From positions 834 to 64,833 of the forward strand of contig CAZNZF010000004.1 of assembly GCA_964577465.1 (NCBI GenBank): 64,000 nucleotides of DNA. The letters are read 5' to 3'. This stretch comes from an uncultured bacterium (GTDB lineage: Bacteria; RBG-13-66-14). The notes under the pieces were generated by a model, which ran no database searches, was not told the DNA's origin, and saw only the letters and a list, made by a program, of their open reading frames with translations. Position 1 is the stretch's first letter; the number at the start of each line of letters is the position of its first letter. Position numbers and translations under genes: made by a program. This document shows positions 1 through 8,850 of this stretch, piece after piece.

Positions 1-701
1 TCGAGGTAGAGGCGTACGTCGCCGGTGAACCCACCGCGACGGAGCTCTCCTACATCGAGACCACCATCACCGGGCTCCCCGGCGTCGAGGCGGTGCGCTA
101 CGTGTCCAAAGCCGAGGCCCTCGAGGAGCTGCGCGTCATGCTCGGCGAGGACCAGTACCTCCTGTCCGAAATCGAGGAGAATCCCCTCCCGGCCTCGTTC
201 CGCCTCACTATGGCCCCGGATTACCGCACCGACGAGCGTCTGGCCCAGACCGCCTTGCAGCTCGAGCTCGTCCCGGGCGTGACCCGCGTCTCTTACGGGC
301 GGGAATGGGTGGAATCTCTTTCGGAAATCGTGCGCATAGCGGGGCTCGGCGGGCTGGTCATCGGCGGGGTGCTGGCGCTGGCCTCGGTGCTGGTGGTGGG
401 CAACGCCGTGGCGCTCTCCGTTTATATGCGGCGGGAGGAGATAACGATTCTCAAGATCGTCGGCGCCACGCACGGCTTCATCCGGCGACCCTTCGTCGTC
501 GAGGGCTTTCTGGTGGGAATACTGGGGGGGGCAATCGGGGTGCTGCTCGTGTACGTCCTCTACGCCACGGTGGGCCGACTCGTCGGAGCCAGCACGTTCC
601 TGCCCTGGGAGTGGTGGCTGGGGCTGGTGGGTCTGGGCGCGCTCGTCGGCGTCATCGGGAGCTTCTTCGCCGCCGCCGGCCACGTCCACCGCGCGAAGTA
701 G
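1..701 (+). CDS. ftsX: Cell division permease FtsX, C-terminal part (5' end outside window)
   Basis: Open frame from window start. C-terminal FtsX-like periplasmic loop plus 3 TM helices (..ILKIVGATHGFIRRPF..). Stop at 701 followed by a terminator hairpin. Confidence 0.75.
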   Translation, partial: EVEAYVAGEPTATELSYIETTITGLPGVEAVRYVSKAEALEELRVMLGEDQYLLSEIEENPLPASFRLTMAPDYRTDERLAQTALQLELVPGVTRVSYGREWVESLSEIVRIAGLGGLVIGGVLALASVLVVGNAVALSVYMRREEITILKIVGATHGFIRRPFVVEGFLVGILGGAIGVLLVYVLYATVGRLVGASTFLPWEWWLGLVGLGALVGVIGSFFAAAGHVHRAK

Positions 702-712
702 GGGCCGTTCAA

Positions 713-745
713 ATAGAAAAAACGCCCTCAGTGGGCGTTTTTTTA
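713..745. terminator. Rho-independent terminator, bidirectional (between ftsX + and the convergent minus-strand gene)
   Basis: AAAAACGCCCTCAGTGGGCGTTTTTTT: GC stem with a T-run on the plus strand and an A-run on the other. Confidence 0.7.
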
Positions 746-762
746 TGTAACCTGGTCCGGCG

Positions 763-1317
763 TCAAAACAGGGACTTTATCCGACCCCAGGACGCCTCTT
801 CCACCCCGCCCTCGTCCTGGATGGTGATGTAATAAGGACCTTGGTTGTCTAATTCTTCAATGGGATCTCCGTCGTAAGTGTGACCTAAGACAAAATAAAA
901 AGAGAATGAACCGAGCCTTTCGTCGTTTAAAACGTCAAATTCAGCGTGGGCATTGGAATACATCCCATCTTCTACATAACTATCGGTTAAGAACCCCTTC
1001 CAACGGTAACCATCCGGTGCGGGATGTGTGGCCTCGAGCCAGTCGGTGCATTCCTGATTAGGTATGAGCTGGCCTTCACCCTTGCCCCACGACTCGTCCC
1101 ACCAGTAATTGGCATCTTCGGCTAACCACGCGTCGGGAAATAAAATACCAAAGACACCGTATAACATCTCTTCTGCGTAAACTTCAATGGTGACTGAGAC
1201 GTGAAAATTGCTGTCGGGCGGCGCATCTTCGGGCATAGATACGTCCAAAATTTCTGCGTAGCACGTGAGTAGCACGAGACTCCCGATAACAAGTACGAGC
1301 ACCTCCCGTTTTTTCAT
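763..1317 (-). CDS. Secreted hypothetical protein (signal peptide MKKREVLVLVIGSLVLL..). Low-GC paralog of the next gene. C-terminal tail ..SWGRIKSLF
   Basis: ORF 763..1347 trimmed to the MKKREV start. Shares the motif THPAPDGYRWKGF / NDPAPEGFRWSGF with the 1562..2119 product. Visibly AT-richer (~45-50% GC) than the surrounding DNA. Confidence 0.55.
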   Translation of the reverse strand: MKKREVLVLVIGSLVLLTCYAEILDVSMPEDAPPDSNFHVSVTIEVYAEEMLYGVFGILFPDAWLAEDANYWWDESWGKGEGQLIPNQECTDWLEATHPAPDGYRWKGFLTDSYVEDGMYSNAHAEFDVLNDERLGSFSFYFVLGHTYDGDPIEELDNQGPYYITIQDEGGVEEASWGRIKSLF

Positions 1318-1532
1318 GGCTGCACCCCTCCCGTTCGACCTATGCACATCCTAAATTAACTGTATCAAAGCGTTTTTTCACCGTCAACCTTATTAATAAC
1401 TTCATCTCCTCGAACGAACACGACGGCGCTGGCAGGCGCGGTCGAGGAACGTTTCCGCCGCCGGCCACGTCCACCGCGCGAAGTAATACTCGAATACGCT
1501 GGAACGGCGGGGAGGTAGCTCCCCGCTTTATT

Positions 1533-1551
1533 ATTCGTGGGCGAGGGGCTT
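1533..1551. repeat. Palindromic element family A copy (AGGGGCTTAAGCCCCT), downstream of a minus-strand gene, next to a second hairpin GGGGAGGTAGCTCCCC (~1500-1517)
   Basis: Perfect palindrome related to CAAGGGGTTTAAACCCCTTG copies elsewhere in the window. Terminator-like position. Confidence 0.6.
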
Positions 1552-1561
1552 AAGCCCCTTG

Positions 1562-2119
1562 TCATCCGCTCAACGCCTTCAGTTTTCCCCAGGAGAGGCG
1601 GACGGTCCCGGCGTCGCCCGTCAGTTTGACCCAGACCTCGCGCCGGTCCAGCTCCTTCCACACCGAGCCCGACGGTCCCTCGCAGGCACCGACGACGAAG
1701 ACCAGCCGTACGTCGCCTCCCCGACCGTTCGGCGTGATGAAGAGTTCGGCGTGGTACGCGCCGCGACCGACGAGGGCCCGGTCGGTGACGAAGCCCGACC
1801 AGCGAAAACCCTCCGGCGCGGGGTCGTTGAACTCCAGCCAGGCGGACGAGCTCCGGCCGGGCTCGAGCCGCCCCGCGGCGTACCCGCCGTACCCTTCGGC
1901 TTCGACCGACCAATCGTCCGGTGTCAGGACGCCGAGAAAGCCGCAGGCCGTTTGGTCGGAGTCGGCCATCACGTGGAGCGTAACGGGGAAGCGCTCGCCG
2001 GGCGCAATCCGCGGCGGCGCCTCCACGGAGGTGAAGTCCAAGCAGCCCGTCGCCAGAATCCCGGCCAGCAGCGCGCAAACCGAGCGTAGCGAGCTACGCC
2101 CCTGGCGAAATGCCTTCAT
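1562..2119 (-). CDS. Secreted lipoprotein (..LLAGILATGC lipobox-like), paralog of 763..1317. C-terminal ..SWGKLKALSG
   Basis: ORF 1562..2416 trimmed to ATG at 2119 with a GGAGG RBS upstream. Shared internal motif with the neighbouring gene. The first ~11 codons are encoded by a copy of repeat family B. Confidence 0.55.
   Translation of the reverse strand: MKAFRQGRSSLRSVCALLAGILATGCLDFTSVEAPPRIAPGERFPVTLHVMADSDQTACGFLGVLTPDDWSVEAEGYGGYAAGRLEPGRSSSAWLEFNDPAPEGFRWSGFVTDRALVGRGAYHAELFITPNGRGGDVRLVFVVGACEGPSGSVWKELDRREVWVKLTGDAGTVRLSWGKLKALSG
2078..2112 (-). repeat. Repeat family B copy (ATTTCGCCAGGGGCGTAGCTCGCTACGCTCGGTTT on the minus strand) embedded in the 5' end of the lipoprotein CDS
   Basis: Matches copies at 9648, 27781, 28998, 29086, 29824, 51448 and 63940. 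Read in frame as ..KAFRQGRSSLRSV.. (the N-region of the signal peptide). Confidence 0.7.
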
Positions 2120-2390
2120 GGAAACCTCCCCCGGATTGCGGCTCGAAGACGGCCGTACACCACCGAAACGCGTTTCCGGCGGAAATGGTTCCCCCCGAAT
2201 GCCGCCCTTGACAGGCCCCCGGAGGCCCCGTAAACTTGGCGCCGACATGCGAAGGAACACGACGACAGCCGAAGGCTCCCGGAGAAAGGGGGGCGGCGCG
2301 ACGCCGCGCACGGTCGTCGAGGTGCGCTGAACCCCGACGGTCCGGCGATGGGCGCCGGTCACCCAGCCATTTTTTCCGGGAGATGACACC

Positions 2391-5069
2391 ATGACGGATA
2401 AGACCATCCCCTCCAAGTACGACCCGACGGAAATCGAGGCCCGCTGGTATCCCCATTGGGAGCGGGCGGGTCATTTCCGCCTTAACGAGAATGCTCCGGG
2501 GCCGGTGTTCACCGTGGTCATCCCGCCGCCCAACATCACCGGCTCCCTGCACATGGGCCACGCCCTGAACAACACCATCCAGGACATCACCATCCGCTTC
2601 AAAAGGATGCAGGGGTACAAGGTCCTGTGGCAGCCGGGCACCGACCACGCCGGAATAGCCACCCAGAACAAGGTGGAGCAGGCGCTGGCCGCCGAGGGCC
2701 TCACCCGGCACGACCTGGGGCGGGAGAAGTTCGTCGAGCGCTGCTGGGCCTGGCGCGATCAGTACGGCCGCGAAATCGTCGAGCAGCTCAGGCTCCTGGG
2801 GTGCTCCTGCGACTGGGAGCGGGAGCGCTTCACCATGGACGAGGGGCTGTCGCGGGCCGTGCGCACCGCCTTCAAGGCGTACTACGACGCGGGGATGATC
2901 TACCGCGGCGCGCGCATGGTCAACTGGTGCACCCGCTGCCACACCTCGATTTCCGACCTCGAGGTGGAGTACGAGGACCAGAGCTCCCACCTGTGGTACG
3001 TCCGCTATTCCCTGGCCGACGGCTCGGGGAGCCTCGTCGTGGCCACCACGCGGCCGGAGACGATGCTGGGCGATACGGCGGTGGCGGTCCATCCCGAGGA
3101 CGAGCGGTACGAATCCTTCATCGGCCAAGAGGTGGACCTGCCGCTCACCGGGCGGAAAATCCCGGTCATCGCCGACGACCGCGTGGACCCCGCCTTCGGC
3201 ACCGGGGCGGTGAAGGTGACCCCGGCCCACGACCCCAACGACTACGAGATGGCCGGGCGTCACGGCCTGGAAAGCCGGGTGGTCATCGACTTCGAGGGGC
3301 GGATGACCGCCGAGGCCGGGGCCGGTTACGCGGGGCTCGGCGTGGAGGAGTGCCGGAAGAGGGTCGTGGCCGACCTCGAAGGATTGGGCCTGTTGGAGAA
3401 GACCGAGGACTACGCCCATTCCGTGGGCACCTGCTACCGGTGCCACGAGACCATCGAGCCGCTGGTGAGCGAGCAGTGGTGGATGGACATGAGCCCCCTG
3501 AAGGGACCCGCCATCCGCGTCGTGGAGACGGGGGAGGTGCGGTTCATCCCCGAGCGCTGGACCAGGGTCTACCTCGACTGGATGGAGAACCTGCGGGACT
3601 GGAACATCGGCCGCCAGCTCTGGTGGGGCCACCGGATGCCGCTGTGGTACTGCGACGCCTGCGGCGGAATCGTGGTGGAAATCGAGACCCCCGAGCGGTG
3701 CCCGGAATGCGGCGGGCCGCTGCGCCAGGAGGAGGACGTCCTGGACACTTGGTTCTCCTCGGCGCTCTGGCCGCTTTCCACGCTGGGATGGCCCGACGAC
3801 GAAGAAGAGTTGAAACGGCTGTACCCCACCGCCGTCCTCTCCACCGCGCCGGACATCATCTACCTCTGGGTGGCGCGGATGATAATGAGCGGGATGCACT
3901 TCCGCGGCGAAAAGCCCTTCAGCCACGTGTACCTCCACGCCACCATCCTGGCCCAGGACGGCCGGCGGATGAGCAAATCCCTGGGAACCGGCGTGGACCC
4001 GCGCGAGGTCATCACCGACTTCGGCACCGACGCCCTGCGCTTCACCCTGGTCATTCTCACCGGCCAGGGGCAGTCGGTGCGGCTGTGGGAGGACCGCTTC
4101 ACCGTGGGGCGCAATTTCGCCAACAAGGTGTGGAACGCCGCCCGCTTCCTCCAGCTCAACCTGGCCGGGAGTCATCTGGCCGACGAGGCCCCGCTCAGCG
4201 CCGCAGAGCTGCCCGACGACCGCGAGCTCAACCTGGAGGACCGCTGGGTCATCTCCAAGCTCGGCCGGCTGGCCGGGGAGGTGACCGACGCGCTGGAGGC
4301 GTACCGTTTCAACGAGGCGGCGCACCTCGCGTACGAGGCGTTCTGGCACGACTACTGCGACTGGTATCTGGAGCTCATCAAGCCGCGCCTGTACGGCGAC
4401 GACTATAAGGCCAAGGGTGTGGCGCTCGCGGTGGCGCTCCACGGGATGCGCCTGCTGTTGAAGCTCCTGCACCCGTTCATGCCCTTCATCACCGAGGAGC
4501 TCTTCCACCGCCTGTTCCCCAACGCGCCCGCGGACCTCATGGTCTCGCCCTGGGAGGACCACGAGGACTGGCCGGGGTACGCGGGGGACGAGGAGCACGT
4601 GGAGCGGCTGCAGAAGCTCATCGACGCCGTGCGCAACATCCGGGGCGAGATGGGCGTCCCGCCCGGGGCCAAGGTCCGGCTCCTGGTGAAGACCACCGAC
4701 GGCGACCTGGCCGCCCTCGCCCTGGCCCAGGCCGGATTCTTCGCCAACCTGGCCGGCGTGGAGGGAATCCAGACCGGCCCGGAGGTGGTCAAGCCCAAGG
4801 GGGCCGCCGTGGGCGTGGCGGGCGACGTGGAGCTCTACGTGCCGCTGGCCGGGGTGGTGGATTTCTCCGCCGAGCTGGAGCGCGTGAAGAAGGAGCTGGG
4901 GAAGGTCCGCGAGCGGCTGTCCAAGGTCGATAAAAAGCTGGCCGACTCCCAGTTTCGGGAAAAGGCCCCCGCCGAGGTCGTCCGGGGCGAGGAGGAGAAG
5001 CGGGACCGGCTGGTGGCCGAGCTCGAGGCCCTCCAGCGGCACCTGGCCCATGTGGAAGAGATGCTCTAA
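2391..5069 (+). CDS. valS: Valyl-tRNA synthetase
   Basis: 892 aa. Class I HIGH-type motif (SLHMGHA) and KMSKS-type motif (RMSKSLG). Editing domain and a C-terminal coiled coil typical of ValRS. Confidence 0.95.
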   Translation: MTDKTIPSKYDPTEIEARWYPHWERAGHFRLNENAPGPVFTVVIPPPNITGSLHMGHALNNTIQDITIRFKRMQGYKVLWQPGTDHAGIATQNKVEQALAAEGLTRHDLGREKFVERCWAWRDQYGREIVEQLRLLGCSCDWERERFTMDEGLSRAVRTAFKAYYDAGMIYRGARMVNWCTRCHTSISDLEVEYEDQSSHLWYVRYSLADGSGSLVVATTRPETMLGDTAVAVHPEDERYESFIGQEVDLPLTGRKIPVIADDRVDPAFGTGAVKVTPAHDPNDYEMAGRHGLESRVVIDFEGRMTAEAGAGYAGLGVEECRKRVVADLEGLGLLEKTEDYAHSVGTCYRCHETIEPLVSEQWWMDMSPLKGPAIRVVETGEVRFIPERWTRVYLDWMENLRDWNIGRQLWWGHRMPLWYCDACGGIVVEIETPERCPECGGPLRQEEDVLDTWFSSALWPLSTLGWPDDEEELKRLYPTAVLSTAPDIIYLWVARMIMSGMHFRGEKPFSHVYLHATILAQDGRRMSKSLGTGVDPREVITDFGTDALRFTLVILTGQGQSVRLWEDRFTVGRNFANKVWNAARFLQLNLAGSHLADEAPLSAAELPDDRELNLEDRWVISKLGRLAGEVTDALEAYRFNEAAHLAYEAFWHDYCDWYLELIKPRLYGDDYKAKGVALAVALHGMRLLLKLLHPFMPFITEELFHRLFPNAPADLMVSPWEDHEDWPGYAGDEEHVERLQKLIDAVRNIRGEMGVPPGAKVRLLVKTTDGDLAALALAQAGFFANLAGVEGIQTGPEVVKPKGAAVGVAGDVELYVPLAGVVDFSAELERVKKELGKVRERLSKVDKKLADSQFREKAPAEVVRGEEEKRDRLVAELEALQRHLAHVEEML

Positions 5070-5081
5070 GAGTAATTGGAC

Positions 5082-5112
5082 CGGTGGGCGGGTTTTATAC
5101 CCGCCTTTTTTA
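5082..5112 (+). terminator. Rho-independent terminator after valS
   Basis: GGGCGGGTTTTATACCCGCC hairpin followed by TTTTTT. Confidence 0.7.
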
Positions 5113-5114
5113 TG

Positions 5115-5150
5115 TTGACAGCCCGTCGGTAGGGTAGTATTTTAATAATT
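5115..5150 (+). promoter_or_regulatory. Sigma70-like promoter (TTGACA, 17-nt spacer, TATTTT) for the low-GC two-gene islet
   Basis: TTGACAgcccgtcggtagggtagTATTTTaat, located ~60 nt upstream of the GGAGG RBS and ATG at 5211. Confidence 0.55.
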
Positions 5151-5210
5151 TGCGTCTAACTCATTGTCACAATGATACTTATAGTCGTCACCCATGCAAA
5201 GGGAGGAGAG

Positions 5211-5621
5211 ATGCGCCGGTTATGTATGTTCCTGGGCCTGCTGGCGGTATCGGCCGTGCTCATAACGGGATGTGTCCCACCTTACGATCCTGCGGCCCTG
5301 GCGGAGGCCAAACAGCTCAAGGAGGTTTCGCTGGCTTTGTTGGAGAAGGCCGTGGAACCTTTCACGGCCCATGAGCCCGCAGTTACGGCGCTGCGGGCCC
5401 GCCTCGATACTGCCCTGGAAAACAACACTGCGAAGAAAGGCAACGTGGAGCTAACAGATGCGTGGAGGGAACTTCTGGATAGAGAATCAGGCAACCTCGG
5501 CGCTATCCTTGTATTTTGGGAGACTGACGGCACGTTAGGCGCCCATTACATAAAAAGCGCCAGTTTGCTTGTAGAAAAATCTTTCGACGAAATCATACGC
5601 CAAGAAGAAGCGCGTAAGTAA
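5211..5621 (+). CDS. Small lipoprotein, hypothetical (MRRLCMFLGLLAVSAVLITGC..)
   Basis: ORF 5172..5621 trimmed to the ATG preceded by AAGGGAGGAG. Lipobox LITGC. Region is ~50% GC against a ~68% background. Confidence 0.55.
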   Translation: MRRLCMFLGLLAVSAVLITGCVPPYDPAALAEAKQLKEVSLALLEKAVEPFTAHEPAVTALRARLDTALENNTAKKGNVELTDAWRELLDRESGNLGAILVFWETDGTLGAHYIKSASLLVEKSFDEIIRQEEARK

Positions 5622-5632
5622 GGAGGCAACCT

Positions 5633-5956
5633 ATGAGCGTCAAGAACGTGCTCGATGAGCTTCTTGAGAGTGTTCCAGAATTGGCTCAAAAACACCTGGG
5701 TGGCTTTATCGAGGATGCACTTTCAGCTTCTAGGGAGTTCCTTCAAGAGATTGAGGGAATGCTGGATGGATGGCTGAATCAGTTTAAACGGGGTGAAATC
5801 AACCAAGTGGAGCTTGAGCGGTTGATGAAAGGCCTTGACTCCTACGTGAAGATACACGCACTCACCGAAGTCGGAATATCCCGAATCAAGGTGCAGCGGT
5901 TTTTTGAAGATGTGCTGGAGCTTCTTATCAAGCTCACCATCGCCGCAATCGTATGA
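5633..5956 (+). CDS. Small alpha-helical hypothetical protein (107 aa), co-transcribed with the 5211 gene
   Basis: AAGGAGG RBS 7 nt upstream of the ATG. 12-nt gap to the upstream gene. Low GC. No recognisable domain. Confidence 0.5.
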   Translation: MSVKNVLDELLESVPELAQKHLGGFIEDALSASREFLQEIEGMLDGWLNQFKRGEINQVELERLMKGLDSYVKIHALTEVGISRIKVQRFFEDVLELLIKLTIAAIV

Positions 5957-5984
5957 TGGGGTAGAGCTTCGGTGTCCGGGATTT

Positions 5985-6020
5985 TTGCCGTTGGCGGGTT
6001 TGGTACCCGCCATTTTGTTG
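5985..6020 (+). terminator. Rho-independent terminator closing the low-GC islet
   Basis: GGCGGGTTTGGTACCCGCC hairpin followed by ATTTTGTTG. Confidence 0.55.
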
Positions 6021-6054
6021 ACCCCGGGGAAACGGAGCCGTAGAATCGCGCTTG

Positions 6055-7218
6055 ATGAGCGACGCCTGCAACTTCTTCGTCAATCCGAGGAACCCGGCGG
6101 GGGTGGCGGGGTACCCCGTCGCGTCGGCCTGCGTCGGAGAGGACGCCCTCGCCTTCCACGAAAAAATCCGCGGTTACGCGCCCACGCCGCTCCTCGAATT
6201 GCCGGGGCTGGCGGCGGAGCTCGGCCTGGGCGCCATCCACGTCAAGGACGAGGCGCACCGCTTCGGGACCAAGGCCTTCAAGGCCCTGGGCGCGTCCTAC
6301 GCCGTTCACCGGTTTCTGGAAGAAAATCCAGGCGGCCATGTTTTTTGCACCGCTTCGGACGGGAACCACGGGATGGCGCTCGGGTGGTCGGCGCGGCTGT
6401 TCAATCGGAGGGCCGAGGTCTTCATGCCGGCCGGGACCGTCCCGGCCCGCATCCGGCGCATCGAGGCCATCGGCGCCCGGGTGACGGTCGTGGACGGAGA
6501 CTACGACGCCGCGGTGCGCGTCGCGGCTGAAGAAGCGGAGGAGCACGGCTGGGTCCTCGTCCAGGACACCGCCTGGGAGGGGTATACCGACATCCCTACC
6601 CGCATAATGGCCGGATACGTCACGATGTTGCGCGAGATGGAGGACGAGCTGTTCCCGCCGGATGAGCCCGGGGTGGACGTAGTTTTCCTCCAGGCCGGGG
6701 TGGGGAGTTGGGCCGCGGCGGCGGTCGCCTACCTCGCCGACCGTTACGGTGAGAGGATGCCCAAGGTGGTCTGCGTGGAGTCGGTGGGGGCGGACTGCTG
6801 CCTGGCCTCGGCGCGGGCCGGACGGCGGGTGAGCCTTCCCGCTGCGGAAACCATCATGGCCGGGCTGAACTGCGGCACGCCGTCGCTTTTAGCCTGGCCG
6901 ATTCTGGCCGCCGGCGCGGACCTCTTCCTCGCCGTGCCCGACGGGTACGCCCGCGAGGCGATGCGGGCCTATTTCAATCCAAAAAAAGGCGACCCGCGCG
7001 TCGTCTCCGGCGAATCTGGGGCGGCGGGGCTGGCCGCTCTTTTTGCCCTCCTGCGCGCCCCGGAATTAAATGAGCCCAGGGGATTCCTGGGCCTGGGCGC
7101 GGATTCGCGGATTCTTCTCGTCAACACCGAGGGCGACACCGACCCGGAAAATTTTAGCGAAATCGTCGGCGCCCGGCCTACCACTCCTCCGAGTCCGGCT
7201 CCTCGGCCAAGTCGCTGA
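6055..7218 (+). CDS. PLP-dependent diaminopropionate ammonia-lyase-like enzyme (YgeX/DpaL family)
   Basis: FGTKAFKALGASYAV lysine motif typical of the DpaL / Trp-synthase-beta-like fold. ~388 aa. The C-terminal Pro-rich tail overlaps the convergent gene and may be shorter in reality. Confidence 0.6.
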   Translation: MSDACNFFVNPRNPAGVAGYPVASACVGEDALAFHEKIRGYAPTPLLELPGLAAELGLGAIHVKDEAHRFGTKAFKALGASYAVHRFLEENPGGHVFCTASDGNHGMALGWSARLFNRRAEVFMPAGTVPARIRRIEAIGARVTVVDGDYDAAVRVAAEEAEEHGWVLVQDTAWEGYTDIPTRIMAGYVTMLREMEDELFPPDEPGVDVVFLQAGVGSWAAAAVAYLADRYGERMPKVVCVESVGADCCLASARAGRRVSLPAAETIMAGLNCGTPSLLAWPILAAGADLFLAVPDGYAREAMRAYFNPKKGDPRVVSGESGAAGLAALFALLRAPELNEPRGFLGLGADSRILLVNTEGDTDPENFSEIVGARPTTPPSPAPRPSR

Positions 7219-8323
7219 AGAGGTCGTCGGGGGTCATTCCGGCCAGAATCATCTCCTTCAGGTCCGTGTAGCTGAAAATCGTCACGCCGTCCGCGCCCGC
7301 CGCCCGGACGGCGTCTATGTGCGACCGCACCACGGCCGGGTCCAGCGGCTTCGACCCGTCGTCGTAGTTCCGCAGGGCGATGCCGGTGTAGATGCGGCCG
7401 GCCCCCTCGTGCGCCACGGCGTCCGCCGTCTGCCGCCCGATTTTCGCCGCGTTGAGCGAGTACGACATGGGGAGCGCCAGGTCGATGAGCCCTTCTTCCA
7501 GCCAGCGGCCCCAGTCCTGGCACACCCCGTCGTAGGCGTCCCCGCCGCGGTCGGCGAACACCGCCGCCGAGACGACGATGTCCGGGTTGATTTCCCGCGC
7601 CTCGCGCTGCACCCGGTCCACGAAGTCGGTGACGTTGTCCCGCCGCCACGCCCTCCACTCCTCGTCCTTCGGGTCCGCCTCCCGCCCCGTCCGCACCCAG
7701 TACTCGCTCACGGCGACCGGCGCGAAGCCCATGTCCGGGCCCTCGTAGCGCACGTAGTCCAGGTGCAGCCCGTCCACCTCGTAGTTGGACACGATGTCCA
7801 GGAGCACCGAGGCGGTGTAGTCGCGCACCTCGGGGATGCCCGGGTCGAGCCAGGCCCGGTGACCGACGTTCATCCGGTTCCCCCGCCGGTCGCAGGAGAC
7901 CCACTCGGGGTGGCGGTTGACCACGTGGTTCTCGTCCTTGGGCGCGAAGCCGCCGGTGACCTCGAAGCAGGTGACCCAGGCGTGGACCGACAGGCCCCAG
8001 GCGTGCCCCTCCTCCACGGCCAGCGCCAGCGGGTCGAAGTCCTCGGGCCGGCCCTTCATGTAGATGGAGCGCGGCTCGGGATTGGCGTAATACGAGGTGT
8101 AGCGGTGGGGGATGTACAGGGCGTCGCCGCGGTAGCGCACCTGGACGAAGACGGCGTTGAAGCGGAACTCGGCGGCCTGGATGATTGCGCTGCGGACGTC
8201 GGCGGGACTGGTGAGCTCCCAGGCGGGAATCCACAGGCCCCGGCCTTCGACGGCGGGCTCATCCCCGAACGCCGCCGAGGTCGACAGGGCGCTCGCCAAT
8301 AAAAACGCGGCTGCCCGCTTCAC
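7178..8323 (-). CDS. Secreted glycoside-hydrolase-like protein (GHL10 / DUF187-type TIM barrel)
   Basis: Signal peptide MKRAAAFLLASALS... Resembles the YngK / GHL10 family over its length. Confidence 0.5.
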   Translation of the reverse strand: MKRAAAFLLASALSTSAAFGDEPAVEGRGLWIPAWELTSPADVRSAIIQAAEFRFNAVFVQVRYRGDALYIPHRYTSYYANPEPRSIYMKGRPEDFDPLALAVEEGHAWGLSVHAWVTCFEVTGGFAPKDENHVVNRHPEWVSCDRRGNRMNVGHRAWLDPGIPEVRDYTASVLLDIVSNYEVDGLHLDYVRYEGPDMGFAPVAVSEYWVRTGREADPKDEEWRAWRRDNVTDFVDRVQREAREINPDIVVSAAVFADRGGDAYDGVCQDWGRWLEEGLIDLALPMSYSLNAAKIGRQTADAVAHEGAGRIYTGIALRNYDDGSKPLDPAVVRSHIDAVRAAGADGVTIFSYTDLKEMILAGMTPDDLFSDLAEEPDSEEW

Positions 8324-8386
8324 GCCGATGGTCGCAATCCTTGTGAATGGACGGACGGGTCCCTGCGCGCCGGGGCCGCCGGAGGG

Positions 8387-8836
8387 TCAGTACCCCAGGT
8401 AGTGGAAGTACTCGGTCAGCGATTCGCAGTTGTGGCGGAGCGAGGCGATGAAGTACGCCCCCCGCTCGAACTGCCCGTCCAGGAAGACGGCGATGGTGAT
8501 CGACACATTGTCGAAGATGTCGTAGATCAGACTTTTCAGCGCCTCGCTGACGCCCCCGGGGGAGTCGAGTATCCCGCGGTCGGTCAGGTCCGCGATCCAG
8601 AACGACAGGTCGCCGTTGAGGCGCTCCAGCAGGTCCTTCGTCTGGGGGAAGAGGGCCAGAAACTCCTCGTCGGTCTTCTCGGTCACGATGCCGTAGGCGC
8701 GGGTGAGGTCGAAGAGCTCGTTGGCATAGACCCAGAGCGCGCTCTCGTTGGGCGGCAGCTCGTACTCCCCCGCCTCGGCGGCCGCCGCGGACAGCGCCGC
8801 GACGAGGAGAGCGGTTGTCAGCAGTCGTATGTTCAT
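8387..8836 (-). CDS. Secreted hypothetical protein (149 aa)
   Basis: Signal peptide MNIRLLTTALLVAALSAAAA. No known domain recognised. Confidence 0.45.
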   Translation of the reverse strand: MNIRLLTTALLVAALSAAAAEAGEYELPPNESALWVYANELFDLTRAYGIVTEKTDEEFLALFPQTKDLLERLNGDLSFWIADLTDRGILDSPGGVSEALKSLIYDIFDNVSITIAVFLDGQFERGAYFIASLRHNCESLTEYFHYLGY

Positions 8837-8850
8837 GATAGTTTTTTGCT

